Assembly (NCBI GenBank): GCA_041161475.1
Contig: JBEAUL010000075.1
Location: forward strand, 1 to 55,005
DNA from: Pseudomonadota bacterium
GTDB lineage: Bacteria > Pseudomonadota > Gammaproteobacteria > UBA6186 > Azoamicaceae
Length of the DNA: 55,005 nucleotides
Reading direction: 5' to 3'
A program made the position numbers and the translations under genes. Below, piece after piece: positions 40,008 to 48,347 of this stretch (its first letter is position 1; each line of letters opens with the position of its first letter). Below the pieces are notes generated by a model that searched no databases, had not been told where the DNA came from, and was given only the letters and a program-made list of their open reading frames with translations.

Positions 40008-41402
40008 ATGGCATCGCATTCTTCTGCTAAAACCTCCAGTACTGCCCTGTTAAAAATTCCGCCTCACTCTGTAGAGGCGGAACAGGCTGTTATTGGGGGT
40101 TTACTTATTGATAATGATGCCTGGGATCAGGTTGTCGAACGCATCACCGAAACCGATTTTTATCGCCACGAACACCGCATACTTTTCCGAGCCATGACAG
40201 AGCTCATGTTGCAGTCCATGCCCCTGGATATTGTGACAGTCACCGAATCCCTGGAGCGTACCCAAGAATTAGATATCGTTGGTGGCATTGCGTATGTCGC
40301 AGAACTCGCCAAAAATACCCCCAGTGCGGCAAACGTATCTGCCTACGCTAATATTGTCAGAGAACGCTCGATTTTACGCCAACTGATTGATGTGGGTGGC
40401 AAAATTTCAGAATCTGCTTTTCAAGCGGGCAGTAAAACGGCCCTGGAAGTTTTAGACGAAGCCGAAAGACGTGTATTTTCTATTGCAGAACAAGAAAGTG
40501 GACGCGCTGGCCATCAGGGACCTCAAGTAATTTCAGAGGTGTTAGCGCGGACCATCGATCGTATCGATACCTTGTTTCATTCTAAATCGTCTATGACAGG
40601 TATAGAAACCGGATTTTTAGACTTCGATAGAATGACGTCTGGGTTACAAGCAGCGGATTTAATTATTGTTGCTGGTAGGCCTTCTATGGGTAAGACAACG
40701 TTTGCCATGAATATCGCTGAGCATGTTGCCATGACCGATGGGGTTGTCTTGGTCTTTAGTATGGAAATGCCGGCAGAATCATTGGCCATGAGAATGCTTT
40801 CTTCTTTAGGTCGCATCGAACAACAGCGCATCCGCAGTGGTCAATTGGATGATCACGATTGGACAAAGCTTACTTCGGCCATTAGCATGATGTCTGCCAA
40901 AAAATTACTTTTAGATGACACGGGCTCGCTCAGTCCTTTTGAAATCCGTGCTCGTGCGCGTCGTATTGCGCGTGAGTATAATGGCAAACTGTCCTTAATC
41001 GTGATTGATTATTTGCAGTTAATGCGCCTACCAGGCCATTATGAACATCGTGCAGCAGAAATTTCTGAAATCTCTCGTGCACTTAAGGCCTTGGCGAAGG
41101 AGTTGAATATTCCTGTGATGGTTTTGTCTCAGTTAAATCGAGGCTTAGAGCAACGTCCAGAAAAAAGACCTGTGATGTCAGATTTAAGAGAATCTGGTGC
41201 CATCGAACAAGATGCCGATTTAATCGCATTTGTGTATCGAGATGAGGTATACAATAAAGAAAGTGCGGATAAAGGCACCGCAGAAATCATTATCGGCAAA
41301 CAACGGAACGGCCCAACAGGAACCGTTCGTCTTAACTTTGTAGGTCACTTCTCTCGTTTCGATAACTTTACCGCTCAAAAACAAGAGGTTTACAGCGTCT
41401 AG
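40008..41402 (+). CDS. dnaB: replicative DNA helicase DnaB
   Basis: PPHSVEAEQAVIGGLL, Walker A GRPSMGKTT and the full-length DnaB pattern are present. Confidence 0.95.
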   Translation: MASHSSAKTSSTALLKIPPHSVEAEQAVIGGLLIDNDAWDQVVERITETDFYRHEHRILFRAMTELMLQSMPLDIVTVTESLERTQELDIVGGIAYVAELAKNTPSAANVSAYANIVRERSILRQLIDVGGKISESAFQAGSKTALEVLDEAERRVFSIAEQESGRAGHQGPQVISEVLARTIDRIDTLFHSKSSMTGIETGFLDFDRMTSGLQAADLIIVAGRPSMGKTTFAMNIAEHVAMTDGVVLVFSMEMPAESLAMRMLSSLGRIEQQRIRSGQLDDHDWTKLTSAISMMSAKKLLLDDTGSLSPFEIRARARRIAREYNGKLSLIVIDYLQLMRLPGHYEHRAAEISEISRALKALAKELNIPVMVLSQLNRGLEQRPEKRPVMSDLRESGAIEQDADLIAFVYRDEVYNKESADKGTAEIIIGKQRNGPTGTVRLNFVGHFSRFDNFTAQKQEVYSV

Positions 41403-41463
41403 AGCACATATAAGCGCTGACTTATGTGTCTATCCCCTTATTTTACAACACTTTCAAATATGG

Positions 41464-41521
41464 CTGTTTTGCAGTACACTGGAAATTAGACGCGTCTATT
41501 TTGCACTACACTGGAAATTAG
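41464..41521 (+). repeat. 26-bp direct repeat (24/26 identical), 32-bp period, abutting the start codon of the AAA ATPase gene
   Basis: CTGTTTTGCAGTACACTGGAAATTAG lies at 41464-41489 and CTATTTTGCACTACACTGGAAATTAG at 41496-41521. The ATG is at 41524. Confidence 0.9.
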
Positions 41522-41523
41522 CC

Positions 41524-42660
41524 ATGAAGAGATACTGTGAACCCTTTATTCAAACTGATTTATTGAGAAAAATGGCCTTTGTTGGTGGTCCCAGGCAGGT
41601 AGGGAAAACGACACTCTGTAAGCAAATTGGTGAAAATTACGATACAAAGCCGATTTATCTTAATTGGGATGTTAGCGAAGACAGAAAAATTATCATTCAA
41701 AAATTATGGCCTAAGCATCATGCGCTGGTTATATTCGATGAACTGCATAAGTATGGTCGCTGGAAGCAGTGGATTAAAGGCGTTTATGATGCTAAAGAAA
41801 TGGATCAGCAATATCTGGTTACTGGTTCAGCACGATTAGATACCTATAAGCGAGGGGGGGATTCCTTGCTTGGACGTTACCATTATTGGCGTTTACATCC
41901 GCTTACCATAGATGAGTTGCCTGATGGTCTAGAGCCTGAACTGGGTTTATCACGATTGTTAACGCTAGGGGGTTTTCCAGAGCCATTTTTAAAAAATGAT
42001 GAACGAGAAGCCAGACGGTGGCGTAAAGAGCGTTTTGCTAGGGTAACAAATGAGGATATTCGCGATTTACAGATAATTCGAGATATTAGTTCATTGCAAT
42101 TATATATAGATGCGCTAAGAGACAGGGCTGGACAATTGGTTACCTTGGCTAATTTAGCAGGAGAAATACAAATATCGCCTACAACGGCTAAGAATTGGCT
42201 GTTATTGATTGAAAAAATGTATTTGGCTTTTTCTATCTATCCGCTGACTAAAAATGTTCCCCGATCAATTGCGAAACCCCCAAAAGTTTATTTTTATGAT
42301 AACGCCGATACCAGAAATGATTATGCAGTGCGCTTAGAAAATTTAGTGGCGACAACTTTATTAAAGAGGCTGCATTTTTTAGAGGATTATTATGGATACG
42401 ATTGCCAATTACATTATATCCGTGACAAAGAAGGTCGGGAAGTGGATTTCTTAACGGTTATTGATGGTGTTCCTACCGATTTAATCGAAGTCAAGTCTCA
42501 AAAAACGGATATTCCTTCTGCATTAAAATACTATAGCGAACGATTAAAACCAAAAAGAACAGTAATGATTGTTGGCAATCTATTAAAGTCATTCGAAAAA
42601 AATGGTGTATTGGTAACCAACCCCATTGAATTTTTTAAAGATCCACCCTGGCGACTTTAA
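41524..42660 (+). CDS. AAA-family ATPase of the AAA_14 + DUF4143 type
   Basis: Walker A GGPRQVGKTT, Walker B VIFDELH and a C-terminal region typical of DUF4143-containing orphan ATPases are present. Confidence 0.7.
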   Translation: MKRYCEPFIQTDLLRKMAFVGGPRQVGKTTLCKQIGENYDTKPIYLNWDVSEDRKIIIQKLWPKHHALVIFDELHKYGRWKQWIKGVYDAKEMDQQYLVTGSARLDTYKRGGDSLLGRYHYWRLHPLTIDELPDGLEPELGLSRLLTLGGFPEPFLKNDEREARRWRKERFARVTNEDIRDLQIIRDISSLQLYIDALRDRAGQLVTLANLAGEIQISPTTAKNWLLLIEKMYLAFSIYPLTKNVPRSIAKPPKVYFYDNADTRNDYAVRLENLVATTLLKRLHFLEDYYGYDCQLHYIRDKEGREVDFLTVIDGVPTDLIEVKSQKTDIPSALKYYSERLKPKRTVMIVGNLLKSFEKNGVLVTNPIEFFKDPPWRL

Positions 42661-42670
42661 CAGGGTGGAT
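42641..42670. terminator. 10-bp-stem hairpin between the convergent AAA ATPase and ppa genes
   Basis: ATCCACCCTG (42641-42650) pairs with CAGGGTGGAT (42661-42670). The 10-nt loop contains the ATPase stop codon. The U-tracts are weak. Confidence 0.4.
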
Positions 42671-42677
42671 TGTGCTT

Positions 42678-43214
42678 TTATTGAGGCTTTTCACTATTGT
42701 AGCGTTTTTGTGCAGTCAAAATTTCACGCTTCGCAGCATCAGCATCTTCCCATCCATCGATTTTTACCCATTTGTTGGGTTCTAAATCTTTATAGTGTTC
42801 AAAGAAATGGGTAATTTGTTGCAGGAGCAAGGGCGGTAAATCTTTTGGGCTCTCCATGTGCGCATAAGCGGGGCTTAAGTCGTTTACAGGTACGGCAAGA
42901 ATTTTTGCATCTTTTCCAGATTCATCGGTCATGCGTAACATGCCAATGGGACGCACGCGGATTACAACACCGTGAATAAGGGGGTAGGGACTGATTACCA
43001 TCACATCAACCGGATCGCCATCTTCACTGAGGGTGTGAGGAACATAACCATAATCGCAAGGATAGCGCATATTCGATACCATAAAGCGATCAACAGATAA
43101 TAAGCCACTGTCTTTATCGACCTCGTATTTTACGGGTTCGCTTTGTGCAGGAATTTCAATAATCACGTTAATGTCGTTTGGGACATCTCTGCCGGTTTTT
43201 ACTTTCTTAAACAT
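42678..43214 (-). CDS. ppa: inorganic pyrophosphatase
   Basis: The protein shows the family I PPase pattern ([21 protein letters not shown]) and is 178 aa. Confidence 0.95.
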   Translation of the reverse strand: MFKKVKTGRDVPNDINVIIEIPAQSEPVKYEVDKDSGLLSVDRFMVSNMRYPCDYGYVPHTLSEDGDPVDVMVISPYPLIHGVVIRVRPIGMLRMTDESGKDAKILAVPVNDLSPAYAHMESPKDLPPLLLQQITHFFEHYKDLEPNKWVKIDGWEDADAAKREILTAQKRYNSEKPQ

Positions 43215-43265
43215 GGTGTACGATTCTACTTTCTCAGTGTTTGGTTGATCGGGTGATTGCGTTTT

Positions 43266-45140
43266 TTATTCAGCGCTCATGTCTCTACGCGAATCAATTT
43301 CAATGCGTAGCCGTTCGAGTAATGCCCCTATATCCATGGGCCCCAAATCTTGGCCGTTACGGAGACGAACGGCGACTTGGTTATTTTCCATTTCTTTGTC
43401 CCCAATAATGAGCATATAGGGAATTTTTTCTGTTTGTGCCAGTCGAATTTTCTTTTGCATTCTCTCAGCGGTTTCATCTAAGTCAACCCGGAGTCCTCCC
43501 GTACCATTGTGAATATCGGCCGAAAGTAAGGTTGTTTTGACTTGCTCTGCATAAGCCACATGTCTGTCGGAGATAGGAATAATGCGGGCTTGAACAGGGG
43601 ATAACCAGGTTGGAAATGCACCGGCATAGTGTTCAATTAAAAATGCAACAAAGCGTTCATGGCTACCCAATGGGGCACGATGAATGACATAAACGGGATG
43701 CTTATCGCCATCTTCACCAACATAATTTAAGTTAAAGCGACTGGTTGCCATAAAATCGAGTTGATTGGTTGAGATAGCATATTCATTGCCAATAACGCTT
43801 TTAATCATAAAGTCGACTTTAGGACCATAAAAAGCGGCCTCCCCTTCTGCTTCTTCATAAGGGTAGCCAGATTCTTGCATGGCCGCTCGAATAATGCCTA
43901 AGGCTTCTAGCCATTTTTCGGGTTCATTGACGTATTTATCGAGTTTCTCTAAATCTGGCAGAGACAAGCGCATCGAATAATCGGTAATACCGATTAAATC
44001 GTAGTACCGTGCATGGAGGCGCATCACACGTAAAAATTCGTCTTTGGCTTGATCGAAACGGCAGTAAATATGGGCATCATTTTGACAAAAACCGCGTGTA
44101 CGCATGAGACCGGAGAGTGCGCCAGAGCGCTCATATCGATAGACTTGCCCATACTCAGAAATGCGTAAAGGAAGTTGACGATAAGAATGTGGATTTGCCA
44201 AATACACCTGATGATGGTGTGGGCAGTTCATGGGACGTAAGTAATAGTTGTCTCCCTCAATATCGATAGGGGCATACATGTCTTCTTTGTAATAAGGTAA
44301 ATGTCCCGATTTGTAATAAAGGGCTTCTTTTGTAATATGGCTGGTTACTACCCGCTCATAACCGTCTTTGCGTTCTTCTTGGCGCGCCAAATACTCAAGT
44401 TCATCTCGTAACACGACCCCTTTGGGTAACCACAAAGGAAGCCCAGGCCCTACCTCTTCTGAAAAAGTAAAGAGCCGTAATTCTTTGCCAATTTTGCGGT
44501 GATCGCGGAGTTTGGCTTGTTCAATGCGCCATAATGCTTGTTCTAAATCAGCCTTAGTGTCAAAGCATAAACCGTAAATGCGTTGCAATTGATCGTTTTT
44601 TTCATTACCGCGCCAATAGGCGCCAGCCAATTGGGTCAATTTAAAGGCGCCTATCTGACCGGTGTGTTTAACATGTGGGCCACGACATAAGTCAACAAAA
44701 TCGCCTGTTTTGTAAAAAGAAACGGTACCTGTGCTGTCTATCGCAGCGGCATCGTCATCCCCCGTTTCCTTTGCAACCGCGGTGGAACCTTTTTCTTTTA
44801 GTAATTTTAATAGTTCTATTTTATAGGGCTGGTTTAAGCGCTTCATTTCGGCAATGGCTTCGTCGATAGGCAGCATCTGCACCAAAAAAGGTTCTTTCTT
44901 TTTAACAATGCGACGCATCTCGGCTTCGATTTTAGCCAAATCTTCGTCTAGTAAGCGGTGCTCTAATGACACATCGTAAAAAAAGCCTTGGTCAATGGCC
45001 GGACCTACCCCAAACTTGGCTGTTGGATATAATTTTTGAAGAGCAGCAGCCATGACGTGCGCACAGGAGTGGCGTTTTGTGTGCAAAGGATAGTCAGCAG
45101 AAGTGGCCGACTGAGGGGCTTTGGTATCTGGCATAGACAT
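43266..45140 (-). CDS. thrS: threonine--tRNA ligase, lacking the N-terminal TGS domain
   Basis: The protein has the editing-domain motif HSCAHVMAAAL at residues 24-34, a class II core (RPMNCPHHHQ, FYGPKVDF) and an anticodon-binding C-terminus. It is 624 aa. Confidence 0.95.
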   Translation of the reverse strand: MSMPDTKAPQSATSADYPLHTKRHSCAHVMAAALQKLYPTAKFGVGPAIDQGFFYDVSLEHRLLDEDLAKIEAEMRRIVKKKEPFLVQMLPIDEAIAEMKRLNQPYKIELLKLLKEKGSTAVAKETGDDDAAAIDSTGTVSFYKTGDFVDLCRGPHVKHTGQIGAFKLTQLAGAYWRGNEKNDQLQRIYGLCFDTKADLEQALWRIEQAKLRDHRKIGKELRLFTFSEEVGPGLPLWLPKGVVLRDELEYLARQEERKDGYERVVTSHITKEALYYKSGHLPYYKEDMYAPIDIEGDNYYLRPMNCPHHHQVYLANPHSYRQLPLRISEYGQVYRYERSGALSGLMRTRGFCQNDAHIYCRFDQAKDEFLRVMRLHARYYDLIGITDYSMRLSLPDLEKLDKYVNEPEKWLEALGIIRAAMQESGYPYEEAEGEAAFYGPKVDFMIKSVIGNEYAISTNQLDFMATSRFNLNYVGEDGDKHPVYVIHRAPLGSHERFVAFLIEHYAGAFPTWLSPVQARIIPISDRHVAYAEQVKTTLLSADIHNGTGGLRVDLDETAERMQKKIRLAQTEKIPYMLIIGDKEMENNQVAVRLRNGQDLGPMDIGALLERLRIEIDSRRDMSAE

Positions 45141-45438
45141 TACATACTTACCGTTTCATCAGTTGTTTTTGTGTTAGGGTTTATGTGTGCCACTATTATA
45201 CACACTTAAGTCCCCTATTATACATACCTTACATACACCTGACACGCCTGATCATCAGATTATCGGACAGATTTAGGGCCAAACTGCCGTTTTGCATCCC
45301 AAAATGATTGGCACTCATGGGTAGCCTTGGTACACTAGGGGCTATGAACTTACCTTAAGTTTGGTATTAAAACTAAATTTAGTTAAATAACTTATAAATT
45401 CGGATATTACAGAAGCACTCGAAGCGGAACTCAATACG

Positions 45439-46851
45439 ATGTCAAATATGCAAAAAGGCCCAAAAACAGCGACAGCCAAAAAGCCCATACTCAGCGTTTT
45501 TGCGCTGGTCATGATTAACGTAATTGCTGTTGGTAGTTTAAGAACCCTACCCATTAGCGCGACTTATGGGGCGCCTTTGTTGTTCTATTACCTGGTGTGT
45601 GGCCTGTTATTTTTTATTCCTGTTGCCTTGGTAACAGCTGAGTTAGCAACCACCTGGCCGAAAAGCGGGGGGATCTATGTTTGGGTACGAGAAGCATTTG
45701 GGCCTCGTTGGGCCTTTTTTGTGGTCTGGATTCAGTGGATTTATAACGTGGTCTGGTATCCAACCATATTGGGTTTTGTTGCGGCTACCGCAGCCTATGT
45801 GATTGATCCGGCCTTGGTGGATAACCAGTGGTATGTATTGTCCACTGTATTGATTGTTTTCTGGTTGGCAACTGCCGTGAACTGTGGTGGTATGCGTTTG
45901 TCAAGTGCAGTCAGTACCGTTGGATCTATCATTGGTACACTCTTTCCGATGCTGATGATCATTGGTCTGGGCTGTTATTGGTGGATACAAGGGCGCCCTA
46001 GCCAAGTATCCTTGTCTTGGGCAAGTGTTATCCCAAGCATACAACGCCCCTCAGATCTGGTTTTGGTAACGGGTATTTTGTTTGGCTTAATTGGATTGGA
46101 AATGTCCGCTGTGCATGCCCAAGAAGTCAAACATCCAGAAAAAAATTATCCCAAAGCATTGTTGTACTCTGTATTACTCATTTTAGGATCGCTTGTATTG
46201 GCATCTTGGGTGATTGCAGCAGTGGTTCCACATCAAGAATTAAACTTAGTGACAGGCATGTTACAAGCCTTTCAATTGTTTTTTGATACCTTTGATATGG
46301 GTGGTATGACGCAGTGGATGGCCTTGTTTATGATTCTGGGAGCCTTGGGTGCGGTTGTGACCTGGATAGTGGGGCCAACAAAGGGACTCTTGGCAGCAGC
46401 AGACGACAGAAATTTACCTGCTTGGTTGGCTTTTCGTAATCAACGGGGTATGCCTGTGGCTATTTTAATCACGCAAGCAGTCATTGTAAGCTTGTTGTCT
46501 TTTGGGTATTTATTGCTGCCAACCGTGGTTGCCTCGTATTGGGCATTAACGGCGTTAACGGCTATTTTAGCCTTGTTGATGTATGTATTAATGTTTATGG
46601 CTGCGATTAAGTTGCGATACAAATATCCCAATATCAAACGTCCCTATGCTATTCCCGGAAAACACCATTCAGGCATGTGGGCAGTCGCCTTAACGGGTGG
46701 TTTGTTTAGCTTTATCGGCATGATCTTGTGTTTTTGGCCACCGAGCGAAGTGTCCGTCGGTAATACCGCTGAATATGTGACTTTGCTCATCGGGGGTACG
46801 ATTTTTTCTGGCTTGCCAGTCTTGTTTTTAAGTAAAAAAAGAAGTGTCTAG
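45439..46851 (+). CDS. APC-superfamily amino acid permease/antiporter (GadC-like)
   Basis: The protein has about 12 TM segments. The N-terminal third resembles GadC (GGIYVWVREAFGPRWAFF vs GGVFAWVSNTLGPRWGF). Confidence 0.8.
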   Translation: MSNMQKGPKTATAKKPILSVFALVMINVIAVGSLRTLPISATYGAPLLFYYLVCGLLFFIPVALVTAELATTWPKSGGIYVWVREAFGPRWAFFVVWIQWIYNVVWYPTILGFVAATAAYVIDPALVDNQWYVLSTVLIVFWLATAVNCGGMRLSSAVSTVGSIIGTLFPMLMIIGLGCYWWIQGRPSQVSLSWASVIPSIQRPSDLVLVTGILFGLIGLEMSAVHAQEVKHPEKNYPKALLYSVLLILGSLVLASWVIAAVVPHQELNLVTGMLQAFQLFFDTFDMGGMTQWMALFMILGALGAVVTWIVGPTKGLLAAADDRNLPAWLAFRNQRGMPVAILITQAVIVSLLSFGYLLLPTVVASYWALTALTAILALLMYVLMFMAAIKLRYKYPNIKRPYAIPGKHHSGMWAVALTGGLFSFIGMILCFWPPSEVSVGNTAEYVTLLIGGTIFSGLPVLFLSKKRSV

Positions 46852-46889
46852 CGTAGTAAATGTATGTCAGATCAGGTGGTTAAAACGTG

Positions 46890-48347
46890 ATGCAATTAAG
46901 CGCTCTTTGTAAAAAAGCTTGGCGAGGTCTGTTCGCATATGTGTGTCGCGCATCTGCAAAAAAACGGCATAAAACAGCAGTGACTGTCACTTCTGTACAG
47001 GGAAACCAACCCCTTATTGTACCTAGAAAAGCCCACCGTGTTTCTAGAAAATCGATCAGTCCTTATGCCATCAAAGTATTGTATCGTTTACATCAACAAG
47101 GCTACCAAGCATATTTGGTTGGGGGAGGCGTTCGAGATTTGCTGTTGGGAGGAGAACCAAAGGATTTTGATGTCGCCACAGATGCGTCTCCCGAAGAAAT
47201 AAAAAACTTGTTTCGAAATTGTCGCCTGATTGGCAAGCGTTTTCGATTGGCGCATGTCTTTTTTGGTCCCCATATTGTGGAAGTGGCCACTTTTCGTCGA
47301 ACAGTGGTAGCAAATGCTGATTCAGCCCAATCTACAGAGGGCATGTTGTTGCGTGATAATTGCTATGGCACCTTAGAAGAAGACGCATGGCGTCGTGATT
47401 TCAGTGTCAATGCGCTGTATTACAATATTGCCGATTTTTCTATCGTGGATTATGTGGGTGGCTTATCCGATTTAAAAGCCCACTCCTTGCGTATTTTAGG
47501 GGATCCAGAAACACGTTATCGAGAAGATCCGGTTAGAATGCTAAGAGCCATTCGTTTTGCCGCAAAATTACATTTTTCTATTCATCCAAAAACAGCAGCG
47601 CCACTTCGACATTTGGGTACTTTGTTACAAGCAGTACCAAATGCACGCTTATCAGAAGAAGTCTTAAAATTATTTTTCACAGGACATGCCTTACAATCTT
47701 ATCAATTGCTAAGAGCACATGGATTATTCGAACAGCTTTTTCAACAAGCCACACGTGCTGCAGAGCAATATCCAAATACATGGGCATGGATAGAGCGTGT
47801 GTTGCAAAATACGGATGAGCGAATTTTATCCGAAAAATCTAGCCACCCAGCATTTTTATATGCGGCTATCTTGTGGTATCCCTATTTACAAACCCTTAAA
47901 TCCTTGGCACAAAAAGGGATGCATGGTGCGACGGCAATTGAAGAAGCCATGAACAGAGTCTGCAATGCAAAAATCGACTTGGTTCCTCCCTTAAAAAGAC
48001 TCTTGCCTGCCATTCAAGAAATTTGGGATTTACAAAATCGATTGACGCAATTACAACCTAGGCGTGTCAAGCGTCTGTACAATCATCCTCGGTTTAGAGC
48101 GGCGTACGACTTTTTATTGTTGCGCGCCAGCGTTAAAGAACCGCAGACGATTGAAATAGCCGAGTGGTGGCAACATTTTGTTGCTGCAAAAGAAGAGGAG
48201 CGGGCAAGCTTACTCAATACTTTGCAACAGTTGCCTCGTTCGCCTTCGATTGGCCCGATGCATAAAAAACGTCATCGGCGTCGTCGGTCTAAAAAAGCAC
48301 CAGATCAGTCGAAAAACGGACACATAGAAACGGGAGATAATACATGA
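46890..48347 (+). CDS. pcnB: poly(A) polymerase I PcnB
   Basis: LVGGGVRDLLLGGEPKDFDVAT and RLAHVFFG are colinear with E. coli PcnB. The C-terminal tail is basic. Confidence 0.9.
   Translation: MQLSALCKKAWRGLFAYVCRASAKKRHKTAVTVTSVQGNQPLIVPRKAHRVSRKSISPYAIKVLYRLHQQGYQAYLVGGGVRDLLLGGEPKDFDVATDASPEEIKNLFRNCRLIGKRFRLAHVFFGPHIVEVATFRRTVVANADSAQSTEGMLLRDNCYGTLEEDAWRRDFSVNALYYNIADFSIVDYVGGLSDLKAHSLRILGDPETRYREDPVRMLRAIRFAAKLHFSIHPKTAAPLRHLGTLLQAVPNARLSEEVLKLFFTGHALQSYQLLRAHGLFEQLFQQATRAAEQYPNTWAWIERVLQNTDERILSEKSSHPAFLYAAILWYPYLQTLKSLAQKGMHGATAIEEAMNRVCNAKIDLVPPLKRLLPAIQEIWDLQNRLTQLQPRRVKRLYNHPRFRAAYDFLLLRASVKEPQTIEIAEWWQHFVAAKEEERASLLNTLQQLPRSPSIGPMHKKRHRRRRSKKAPDQSKNGHIETGDNT

Noticed and set aside
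45141-45438. Possible RsmY/RsmZ-like sRNA or other ncRNA in the 298-nt thrS/permease gap
   Set aside because: There are only about three GGA motifs on the plus strand and none in obvious hairpin loops. No terminator is present, so the evidence is insufficient.
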